From NCBI GenBank assembly GCA_041750555.1, contig JBGSZB010000029.1, positions 672 through 64,671 of the forward strand: 64,000 nucleotides of DNA, in the 5' to 3' direction. The stretch's first letter is position 1, and every line of letters starts with the position of its first letter. Positions 56,706 through 64,000 of this stretch are shown piece by piece. The translations under genes were made by a program, and so were the position numbers. The DNA comes from Candidatus Dojkabacteria bacterium. GTDB taxonomy: Bacteria; Patescibacteriota; Dojkabacteria; J137. The notes under the pieces are model-generated. The model was not told the origin of the DNA and made no database searches. It saw only the letters and a list, made by a program, of their open reading frames with translations.

Positions 56706-57701
56706 TTAATAATAATTAATACCAATAGCTTCTCTAACTAAATCCATAGTAATTTTAGCTTCAGCTCTTGCTTTAGCTGTACCACTCTTAATTATATCCA
56801 TTACTTCATCCATATGAGATTCAAAATATTTTCTTTTTTCTCTAATTGGATCTAAAAAGATATTTAGTGCTATTTCTAATTTTTCTTTAACCTCTACATC
56901 CCCTACCATTCCTTTAATATATCTTTCTTTTAAATCTTTAACCTCTTCTAAATTTGTATTAAAAGCATCATGGTAAATAAAGACCGGGTTACCTTCAACC
57001 TTACCTGGATCAGTTGCTTTTACTCTATTAGGGTCTGTATACATACTCATTATCTTTCTATGTAGTGTTTCACGATCTTCAGATAAAGAGATAAAGTTAT
57101 TTAAAGATTTACTCATTTTGGCACCTCCATCAATACCTACTAATCTTGGTATATCACTATATATACCTTTAACTTTAGGGAAAATATCTGTTTTATACAC
57201 TTTATTAAATCTTTGAGCGATATAGTCGGCTAATTCAACCATAGGAGCTTGATCATTTCCTACAGGAACATTATTAGCTCTTAATATTAAAATATCAGCA
57301 GCTTGACTAATTGGATATGCTACAAAACCAAATGGAACTCCTGTGCTAAATCTTTTTTCTTTAATTTCTGTTTTAACAGTAGGATTTCTTAAAACCTCAC
57401 TGTGACTAACTAAGTTCATAAAAAACACAGTTAGTTCAGCAATCTCTGGTATTTGAGATTGTATAAAGATATTTGAATATTTAGGATCTATACCCACGCT
57501 TAGATAGTCAATTAAAACTTGATAAATATTATCTTGTATTTTTTTAGGATTATCATAATTATCTGTTAATGCTTGTACATCAGCTAACATAATATATGTA
57601 TCCATTTCACTTTGTAACTTAACTCTATTAGATAGCGACCCAACGTAATGACCTAAATGTAACCTTCCTGTAGGCCTATCACCTGTTAATATTCTATTCA
57701 T
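56706..57701 (-). CDS. trpS: Tryptophan--tRNA ligase
   Basis: TGDRPTGRLHLGHYVG is the HIGH region. KMSKS is present, and the length is typical of bacterial TrpRS. Confidence 0.95.
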   Translation of the reverse strand: MNRILTGDRPTGRLHLGHYVGSLSNRVKLQSEMDTYIMLADVQALTDNYDNPKKIQDNIYQVLIDYLSVGIDPKYSNIFIQSQIPEIAELTVFFMNLVSHSEVLRNPTVKTEIKEKRFSTGVPFGFVAYPISQAADILILRANNVPVGNDQAPMVELADYIAQRFNKVYKTDIFPKVKGIYSDIPRLVGIDGGAKMSKSLNNFISLSEDRETLHRKIMSMYTDPNRVKATDPGKVEGNPVFIYHDAFNTNLEEVKDLKERYIKGMVGDVEVKEKLEIALNIFLDPIREKRKYFESHMDEVMDIIKSGTAKARAEAKITMDLVREAIGINYY

Positions 57702-57843
57702 AATATATGTATTAAAATTTAAATTAATTATATTCTATTTATTGAAATTAGGTGTAGAAATTTATGGCTTAAAGCCATGAGAAGAAATTTAGAACGATTA
57801 CTTTGTTAACTAGTGTATTTTTCTTTACCATAGGGCAATTATA

Positions 57844-58971
57844 TCATTTATTAACCACGTTATACACCCTTATCTCCCTTGCTGTTTCACTTAAAACATT
57901 AAGTTCTATATGAAGATAATTTAAATTATTAAAAAACTCTTCATCTAAATTAAAAATTATACTAGCCCATTCAATAACTACTATATTATCTTTATTAAAC
58001 CAGTTATAGAAACCTAGTAATTTTAAATCCTCAATACTTTGAATCTTCCAACCATCAAAGTGTATTAATTTAATCTCTTTATTATTTAATGTACCCATAT
58101 ATTCATTAAAGTAATTATATGTAGGGGATTTAATAATTCTCTCAATATTTAAAGATTTAGCAACTCCTTTTGTAAAATGGGTTTTACCTGCACCTAATTC
58201 ACCATCTAGCAATATTAATTTAACATTATTATATGAATTATCTGTTTCCTCTTTGGCTTTACTAACTTTTAATATTTTTGAAGCTATATCTATAGTATCC
58301 GTAACACTATTAGAAATATATTTATTAACACTTTTAACATTTCTAGGATTAATTAACCCTTTCCTATATACAACTAAATCATCTCTTGATGAATCAATTA
58401 CAGTTGAAGGTGGATTTTTTGGTAATTCTCCTGCATCTATTACTAAATCTATTAACTCTTTATTCTTTTCTGGTAAGTGTTTAAAGATATCTTCTATTGT
58501 ATATGGAGTTGGTTTAGAACTTAAATTAGCAGAAGTAGAGGTAATAGGGAAACCAAACTCTGATATTAAATCTAATAATATACTATAGTTAGGTATTCTA
58601 ATTCCCAGAGTTCCTGCTTCACTTTCCAGTCTCTTATCAACCTTCCCCTTTGATTTAGAAACTACAGTTACAGGACCCGGCATAAATGTATCGTATATTT
58701 TTTTAGCACTTTCATTAATCTCTACATATTCACTTGCCATATGAATACTATCTACAGCAATAGATATCGCTTTACCTTCAGGGCGCTTTTTATATTCTAA
58801 TAGTTTAGTTACTGCATTTGAATTTCTAGCATCAACCCCAACACCATAACAAGTTTCTGTAGGGAATATTATTAATCCACCACTCTTTAATGTATTAACA
58901 GCTTCATTAATTAAATCACTAGTATAATTAGTATCACTTAAATTAACACTGTTAAGTTTTATTATTTTCAT
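57844..58971 (-). CDS. Fusion of L-threonylcarbamoyladenylate synthase (TsaC/YrdC) and the t6A ATPase TsaE (YjeE)
   Basis: The N-terminal half carries GGLIIFPTETCYGVGVDA, PGPVTVV and TSTSANLSSKP, the YrdC motifs. The C-terminal half carries LDGELGAGKTHFTKGVAKSL (the TsaE P-loop), SPTYNYFNEY and HFDGWKIQ. Confidence 0.85.
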   Translation of the reverse strand: MKIIKLNSVNLSDTNYTSDLINEAVNTLKSGGLIIFPTETCYGVGVDARNSNAVTKLLEYKKRPEGKAISIAVDSIHMASEYVEINESAKKIYDTFMPGPVTVVSKSKGKVDKRLESEAGTLGIRIPNYSILLDLISEFGFPITSTSANLSSKPTPYTIEDIFKHLPEKNKELIDLVIDAGELPKNPPSTVIDSSRDDLVVYRKGLINPRNVKSVNKYISNSVTDTIDIASKILKVSKAKEETDNSYNNVKLILLDGELGAGKTHFTKGVAKSLNIERIIKSPTYNYFNEYMGTLNNKEIKLIHFDGWKIQSIEDLKLLGFYNWFNKDNIVVIEWASIIFNLDEEFFNNLNYLHIELNVLSETAREIRVYNVVNK

Positions 58972-59070
58972 AAATGGATTATATCTAATTTTATATCTAT
59001 ATTAAAATTACATTCATTTACAAAATTAAGATCTAAACTTAAAATGTAATATATATGTTAAATTAAAGAT

Positions 59071-59358
59071 ATGAATGATTTCTTAAAAAAGTTAGTACTC
59101 TTTGGAGTTGGTAGTGTAGAATTAACTCGTGATGCAGTTACAAGTTTAGTAGAAGATTTAAAGAAAGAAGGAGCACTTGATAAAGAAGAAGGTAAGAAAT
59201 TAGTAAGAAAAGCATTTAAAGATTTAGAAAAGAATGCAAAAAAAGCTGAAAAGAGTGTAATGGAAGAACTTGATAAATTAGAAAAGAAAGAGAATAATCT
59301 TGAGAAAACTACAAAAACTAAGACTAGAAAGACAAAGGGCAAACTTGATAAAAAATAG
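59071..59358 (+). CDS. Hypothetical small Lys/Glu-rich coiled-coil protein, phasin/YtxH-like
   Basis: MNDFLKKLVLFGVGSVELTRDAVTSLVEDLKKEG... It was chosen over the overlapping low-complexity minus-strand ORF 59058..59387. Confidence 0.4.
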   Translation: MNDFLKKLVLFGVGSVELTRDAVTSLVEDLKKEGALDKEEGKKLVRKAFKDLEKNAKKAEKSVMEELDKLEKKENNLEKTTKTKTRKTKGKLDKK

Positions 59359-59506
59359 TTATATAATTTAGTAAAATTCTGTAACAACCTCTTTACAGGA
59401 TTTTGTTTCTATGTTATAAATCAATCACACTTTTAAATAAATTAATACCCGTTTTGATTAATAAATCTAAGATTTTCAACAAAATAAGAGTATTTTAAAG
59501 CAATAA

Positions 59507-59538
59507 GCGCACTATATCTTTATAGGTGCGCCTTTTTT
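59507..59538 (+). terminator. Rho-independent terminator/attenuator-like hairpin just upstream of rpoB
   Basis: gcgcac (59507-59512) / gtgcgc (59526-59531) with a 13-nt loop, then tttttt. Confidence 0.5.
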
Positions 59539-59556
59539 ATTTAATTAAATAAAAAT

Positions 59557-62500
59557 ATGTCAACAAAATCAAGAATCAACCTGACAAAAAATCCAGTTCC
59601 TCATATAGATATGGATTTTTTAGAAGCTCAAAAGAGCTTTTTCAGACAGTTTATGGAAGATGGATTTCAATCTTTATTTGAAGAGATAAATCCAATATCA
59701 GACTATACTAATAGTTCATGGGAGATTACATTAGAAGATGTTGACTGGGGAGAACCCAAAATCTCATTTAGAGACGCTCAATTACTTGGATTAACATACG
59801 ATGTTCCAGTTTTTGTAGATGTAAAATTACTTAACAAAAGAAGTGGAGAGATAAAAAAACAAAGAATTTATCTTTGTGATATGCCAATAATGAGTGATAG
59901 AGGATCATTTATGGTTAATGGTAATGAAAGAGTTGTAGTTTTTCAAATATTAAGAAGTGAGGGTGTTTTATTCTCTGAGGGTAAAAACTCTACACCTAAG
60001 AAAAGACTTTACTCAGTTAAATTAATGCCTCATAGAGGTAACTGGTACGAGTTTGAAATAAATAAATACGGAGTAATGAGTATTAAATTACTTCAAAAAA
60101 GACCTAGAATTTTATTAACTACATTAATGAGAGCCCTAGGTTACAGTTCAGATGCAGAAATTAAAAAAGCATTAGGTGGCTCAGATGAAGGAGAGATGAG
60201 TTTTATTGATGCAACATTAAAGAAAGATCCAACTAAGAATACAGAAGAAGCTTTAATTGATATCTATAGAAAATTAAGACCAGAAGATACAGTAACTGTA
60301 GAAAATGCTAAAGCTTTAATTGATAATATTTTCTTTAACAAAAGAAGATTTTACTTAGGAAAGATTGGTAGATACAAATTAAATAAAAAGTTAAAAATTA
60401 ATGAAGACTTTACAATAGATGACTACCTATTAAAGAAAAGAGATGTAATAGAAGTTATAAAGTGTTTACTTGAATTAAATCATGGTACAAGAAACCCAGA
60501 TGATATTGATAGTTTAAGTAATAGAAGAATAAGAGGTGTAAATGAATTAGTTGCAGAAAAATTAAGAGTAGGTGTTCTAATAATGGAGAAGAGTATTAGA
60601 GATAAGATGAGTACTTATTCTACAGATGAAAAAGTTACTCCTGCAATGATTGTAAATACAAGACCAATTATCTCAGCTGTTAAACAATTCTTTGGAAGTA
60701 GTGCTTTAATGAGATTCATGGACCAAGAAAATCCATTGAGTGAGTTAGAAGCAAAAAGAAAGATTTCAGCAGGAGGACCAAGAGGTTTAACTAAAGAGAG
60801 AGCAACATTCTCAGTTAGAGATGTACATAACTCTCATTACGCAAGATTATGTCCTGTAACTACTCCTGAAGGTCCATCAGTTGGTATGGTTAACCAAATG
60901 GCAATTTATACAAAAATTAATGAATTTGGATTTTTAGAATCACCTTACTATCCAGTTATTACTAAGTTTAATAAGGATAGTAAAGTTAAAGAATTTATAG
61001 GAAGAATCTTAGGCGAAGATATTAAAAGTGGAGGTAAAGTAATCGCTAAGAAAGGAAGTATTTTAAGTGAAGAATTAATTAAAAAGATAAATAAAGAGGT
61101 TAGTGAGTTTAGAGTAAATCCTTTTATAAACAAGGAAACTGTATATTTAGATGCTGACGAAGAGTTAACTCATAAGATAGCCAGCTCAAGTATACATACA
61201 GATGATAAAAACAATATTTTAGAAGAATACACATACGTTAGAGATGGACAAAACTATGTAAAGATCTCTACTAGTGATATTGATTTAATTGACGTTAGTC
61301 CAGCACAAATTGCAGGTATGGGACTATCATTAATTCCTTTTGCAGGAAATGATGACCCTAACAGAACATTAATTGGTGCTAAGACACAAAACCAAGCTAT
61401 ACCTTTAGTAAAACCACAGTCTCCAATTGTTGGAACTGGATTTGAAAGAGATGCTGCAAGAGCAACTGGAAGAACAGTATTTGCAGAAGAAGACGGTAAA
61501 GTTATTGCAGCTGATGGTAGTTTGTTAGTTGTACAATACAAAAATAATAAAAATAAAACAGAATATCCTATTGAGAAATTTGTTAGAACAAATCAGAACT
61601 CATCTTTTACTCAGATTCTAAGAGTATTACCTAATACTCAATTTAAAAAAGGAGATGTATTAATTGATGGTCCTGCAACAGAGAACGGAGAATTAGCATT
61701 AGGAGCTAATTTAAGAGTAGCTTACGTTGTTTATGATGGATACAACTTTGAAGATGGAATTGTAATTTCAGAAAGATTAGTTAGAGAAGATGTTTTAACA
61801 TCTGTTCATATTCATGAATTTTTACAAGAAGTTAGAGAAACAAAATTAGGCGATGAACAAATAACAGCAGATATACCTGGAGTTGGAGAATGGACATTAA
61901 GAAATTTAGACGAAGAAGGCGTTGTAAGAATTGGAGCATATGTTCAATCAAATGATGTTTTAGTTGGAATAATCGCTCCTAAGGGAGAAGCAGAATTAAC
62001 TGCTGAAGAAAAACTTTTAAGAGCAATCTTTGGTGAATATGCAAGAGATGTTAGAGATAACTCATTAAGAATGCCTCATGGAGAGCATGGAGTTGTAATA
62101 GGAGTACAAGTTTTAGATAGAAATAGTGGAGCTAAATTAAATGCAGGAGTTATTAAACAAGTTAAAGTATGGGTTGCAAAAACTCATAAGATATCAGTTG
62201 GAGATAAATTAACCGGTTTCCATGGAGATAAAGGCGTTATAACAAAGATTGTTCCTGACGCTGATATGCCATTTACAGAAGATGGAAAACCTGTAGATAT
62301 TGTATTAAACCCAATATCTATGATTAGAAGAATGAACTTAGGTCAGTTATTAGAAACACATATTGGTGAATTAGCACATAAATTAGGTGTAAAGGTTGAA
62401 GTTCAACCATTCTCAGAATATTCTAAAGATCCATTAGTAGAGTTAGCTAAAAAACAAGGATTAGAATATGTTGAAAAAGTTGATTTATACGATGGTAAAA

Positions 62501-63006
62501 GTGGAGAAAAGTATAATCAAAAAGTAACTGTTGGAATGAAGTATACATTTAAACTAGACCATTTGGCTGATCATAAAATACATGCAAGATCAACTGGACC
62601 ATATACTTTAGTTACTCAACAACCTTTAAGAGGTAAAGCTCAAAGAGGTGGTAGAAGATTTGGAGAAATGGAAGTTTGGGCTCTAGAAGCACATGGAGTA
62701 CCTAGCGTACTACACGAAATGTTAACAATTAAATCAGATGATGTTGTAGGTAGAGCTGCAGCATACAAAGCAATAATCTCAAGTCAAAAGATTACTGCTC
62801 CTAATGTACCAGAGTCATTTAATGTATTAGACAAAGAGTTAGCAGGACTTGGAATAAAGTTAGATAAGATAAATGCAGAATATGACCAAGAAAGAGGAGA
62901 AATGGCATTAGAAGAGATTGTTGACTCTATAGGTAACGGAGAAGTAGAAAAAAAACAAATTGAAAAAGTAGCTGAAACTATGTTGAATGAAGATTCATCA
63001 TTCTAA
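59557..63006 (+). CDS. rpoB: DNA-directed RNA polymerase beta subunit
   Basis: 1149 aa. The conserved blocks ...GRYKLNKKL..., NPLSELEAKRKISAGGPRGL, GKVTPKGE-like IAPKGEAELTAEEKLLRAIFGE and the C-terminal GGRRFGEMEVWALEAHG are present. Confidence 0.97.
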   Translation: MSTKSRINLTKNPVPHIDMDFLEAQKSFFRQFMEDGFQSLFEEINPISDYTNSSWEITLEDVDWGEPKISFRDAQLLGLTYDVPVFVDVKLLNKRSGEIKKQRIYLCDMPIMSDRGSFMVNGNERVVVFQILRSEGVLFSEGKNSTPKKRLYSVKLMPHRGNWYEFEINKYGVMSIKLLQKRPRILLTTLMRALGYSSDAEIKKALGGSDEGEMSFIDATLKKDPTKNTEEALIDIYRKLRPEDTVTVENAKALIDNIFFNKRRFYLGKIGRYKLNKKLKINEDFTIDDYLLKKRDVIEVIKCLLELNHGTRNPDDIDSLSNRRIRGVNELVAEKLRVGVLIMEKSIRDKMSTYSTDEKVTPAMIVNTRPIISAVKQFFGSSALMRFMDQENPLSELEAKRKISAGGPRGLTKERATFSVRDVHNSHYARLCPVTTPEGPSVGMVNQMAIYTKINEFGFLESPYYPVITKFNKDSKVKEFIGRILGEDIKSGGKVIAKKGSILSEELIKKINKEVSEFRVNPFINKETVYLDADEELTHKIASSSIHTDDKNNILEEYTYVRDGQNYVKISTSDIDLIDVSPAQIAGMGLSLIPFAGNDDPNRTLIGAKTQNQAIPLVKPQSPIVGTGFERDAARATGRTVFAEEDGKVIAADGSLLVVQYKNNKNKTEYPIEKFVRTNQNSSFTQILRVLPNTQFKKGDVLIDGPATENGELALGANLRVAYVVYDGYNFEDGIVISERLVREDVLTSVHIHEFLQEVRETKLGDEQITADIPGVGEWTLRNLDEEGVVRIGAYVQSNDVLVGIIAPKGEAELTAEEKLLRAIFGEYARDVRDNSLRMPHGEHGVVIGVQVLDRNSGAKLNAGVIKQVKVWVAKTHKISVGDKLTGFHGDKGVITKIVPDADMPFTEDGKPVDIVLNPISMIRRMNLGQLLETHIGELAHKLGVKVEVQPFSEYSKDPLVELAKKQGLEYVEKVDLYDGKSGEKYNQKVTVGMKYTFKLDHLADHKIHARSTGPYTLVTQQPLRGKAQRGGRRFGEMEVWALEAHGVPSVLHEMLTIKSDDVVGRAAAYKAIISSQKITAPNVPESFNVLDKELAGLGIKLDKINAEYDQERGEMALEEIVDSIGNGEVEKKQIEKVAETMLNEDSSF

Positions 63007-63035
63007 ATAATTTAATTTTAAGATCTTAAAAAATT

Positions 63036-64000
63036 ATGTTAAAAGATTTTAATGCAGTAAAGATTACGATATCGTCTCCTCAAGACATATTAAATATGTC
63101 ACATGGAGAAGTTACTAAGGCAGAGACTATTAACTATAGGACTTTTAAAGCTGAACCGGGAGGTTTAATGGCTGAAGAGATCTTTGGACCTACAAAAGAC
63201 TTTGAATGTTATTGTGGTAAATACAAGAAGGTTAGATACAAAGGAATAGTTTGTGATAGGTGTGGAGTTGAAGTTACTCATAAAAGAGTAAGAAGAGAGA
63301 GAATGGGTCATATTAAATTAGCTGCCCCAATAGCACACGTATGGTTTTCTAATGGTATTCCAAATAGATTATCCTTAATCTTAGATATACCTCAAAAGAA
63401 ATTAGAAACTGTTATTTACTATGCTAGATATGTTGTAACTAATGTAATAAACGAAGATAAAGATAAAGCTTTAGAAAGTTTAGAAGAGTATAAAAAGACT
63501 GAATTAGATGAATTAAACGTAGAATTAGATTCTAAAGTTAAAGAAGTTAAAGATAAATTTGAATTAGAAGCTGATGATATTAGAAAAGCAAATAAAGATA
63601 AGGCAAAAGCTGAATTACATTTAGAAAGAAATAGAAATAGTGAAAGATTAGAAATTGCTAGAGTTAAATCAGCATACAAACAAAGAGAAGATAACGTAGA
63701 CAAAAAATTTAGAGATATTAAATCTTTAATCGCAGACATGAGACTAGGTTCTACCTTATCTGAAGAGGAGTATCAATTACTTGATAATTACTCATTCTAT
63801 TTCTTTGAAGCAGGAATGGGTGCTGAAGCAATAAAGCAATTACTTGAAAAAATGAATATCTCTGAAGAGATTGAAAGAATTGAAGAAGAGAAATTAATTA
63901 GTAGATCAGCACTTAAAAGAGCAAGATTAGTACAAAGATTAAGAATACTTAAAGGATTAAAGAAATCAGGAGTAAATCCATCATGGATAATCTTTGATGT
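63036..64000 (+). CDS. rpoC: DNA-directed RNA polymerase beta' subunit, N-terminal part (runs off the right edge)
   Basis: It is not in the ORF track because there is no stop inside the window. From the ATG at 63036 the translation is [104 protein letters not shown]. This gives the beta' zinc-finger and the AAPxxHxWF motif. Confidence 0.95.
   Translation, partial: MLKDFNAVKITISSPQDILNMSHGEVTKAETINYRTFKAEPGGLMAEEIFGPTKDFECYCGKYKKVRYKGIVCDRCGVEVTHKRVRRERMGHIKLAAPIAHVWFSNGIPNRLSLILDIPQKKLETVIYYARYVVTNVINEDKDKALESLEEYKKTELDELNVELDSKVKEVKDKFELEADDIRKANKDKAKAELHLERNRNSERLEIARVKSAYKQREDNVDKKFRDIKSLIADMRLGSTLSEEEYQLLDNYSFYFFEAGMGAEAIKQLLEKMNISEEIERIEEEKLISRSALKRARLVQRLRILKGLKKSGVNPSWIIFD

Noticed and set aside
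59058-59387. Minus-strand 109-aa ORF overlapping the 59071..59358 plus-strand ORF
   Set aside because: Its translation is low-complexity (Ser/Phe/Leu-rich) and typical of the antisense frame of a Lys/Glu-rich coiled-coil gene. The plus-strand product has a plausible amphipathic phasin-like sequence. Both calls are of low confidence.
9880-63739. Short antisense or embedded ORFs in the six-frame track (9880..10203, 17969..18265, 18312..18506, 21022..21246, 30699..30887, 32359..32622, 32716..32958, 38670..38912, 42351..42557, 42713..42919, 46219..46461, 48864..49070, 49725..49928, 50016..50213, 51753..52085, 53438..53629, 58253..58588, 60948..61133, 61254..61541, 63419..63739)
   Set aside because: Each lies wholly inside, and antisense to or out of frame with, a longer ORF that has clear homology-type motifs, for example recA, rpoB, rpoC and GTs. 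Their translations are low-complexity. They are treated as spurious.
1-64000. CRISPR arrays, tRNA/rRNA genes and mobile elements (integrase, transposase, phage genes)
   Set aside because: No regularly spaced direct repeats were seen. The only tandem repeat is coding (34090..34960). Intergenic regions are short and AT-rich with no GC-rich cloverleaf-like segments or T-loop GTTCGA-type motifs. No ORF shows integrase, transposase or phage hallmark motifs.
1-64000. Alternative genetic code (UGA recoded as Gly or Trp, as in some CPR lineages)
   Set aside because: Standard-code translation already yields long, uninterrupted, well-conserved ORFs (rpoB 1149 aa, the 1205-aa protein, ribosomal proteins with native termini). 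Recoding is therefore not needed.

Overview
The window is strongly AT-rich bacterial DNA. A six-frame read with the standard genetic code gives long, clean ORFs, so there is no sign of UGA recoding. Genes are densely packed, overlapping stop/start junctions are frequent, rho-independent terminators are few, and no tRNA, rRNA, CRISPR array, integrase or transposase was seen. The overall style is that of a small-genome, low-GC lineage, possibly Patescibacteria/CPR-like, but that cannot be proven from this window.

Content by region:
(a) A partial infB lies at the left edge.
(b) Positions 2.1-8.7 kb hold a minus-strand ribosomal/RNAP operon: infA-rpmJ-rpsM-rpsK-rpsD-rpoA-rplQ-rplM-rpsI. A two-domain GT4 glycosyltransferase follows it directly, and the usual upstream secY-adk-map is replaced by a sortase-signal surface protein.
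(c) Positions 9.6-34 kb are a roughly 24-kb cell-envelope glycan island and the most interesting part of the window. It carries four GT2 enzymes (9677, 13870, 16561, 17308), two of which (16561, 17308) look like Dpm1/ArnC-type polyprenyl-phosphate sugar synthases. It also carries a GtrA flippase-like protein, a mannose-1-phosphate guanylyltransferase and a nucleotide-sugar dehydrogenase. Further members are a PAP2 phosphatase divergently paired with a UbiA-family prenyltransferase, three large polytopic GT-C-like membrane proteins and a tandem-duplicated DUF616-like protein. The island is completed by a Wzm/Wzt ABC exporter, an AsnB-like amidotransferase, three to four methyltransferases, and three-domain and two-domain GT4/GT2 fusion enzymes. 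Together these read as a polyprenyl-phosphate-sugar-dependent surface glycan or protein-glycosylation system. One sub-module resembles the mycobacterial decaprenyl-phospho-pentose donor pathway.
(d) Positions 34-37.7 kb encode a 1205-aa secreted protein that fuses an amidase_2/PGRP domain, an S8 subtilisin domain and FG-GAP repeats. The repeats are encoded by near-identical 168-bp tandem DNA copies.
(e) Positions 37.7-64 kb are housekeeping genes (hisS, recJ, recA, recF, tig, trpS, hup, sufU, rpoB, start of rpoC). Among them are unusual fusions (LOG-methyltransferase, TsaC-TsaE), a CofE-like protein, a tandem pair of uncharacterised paralogs and several small lineage-specific ORFs.

All functional calls rest on reading motifs in the translated ORFs. 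No database search was run.
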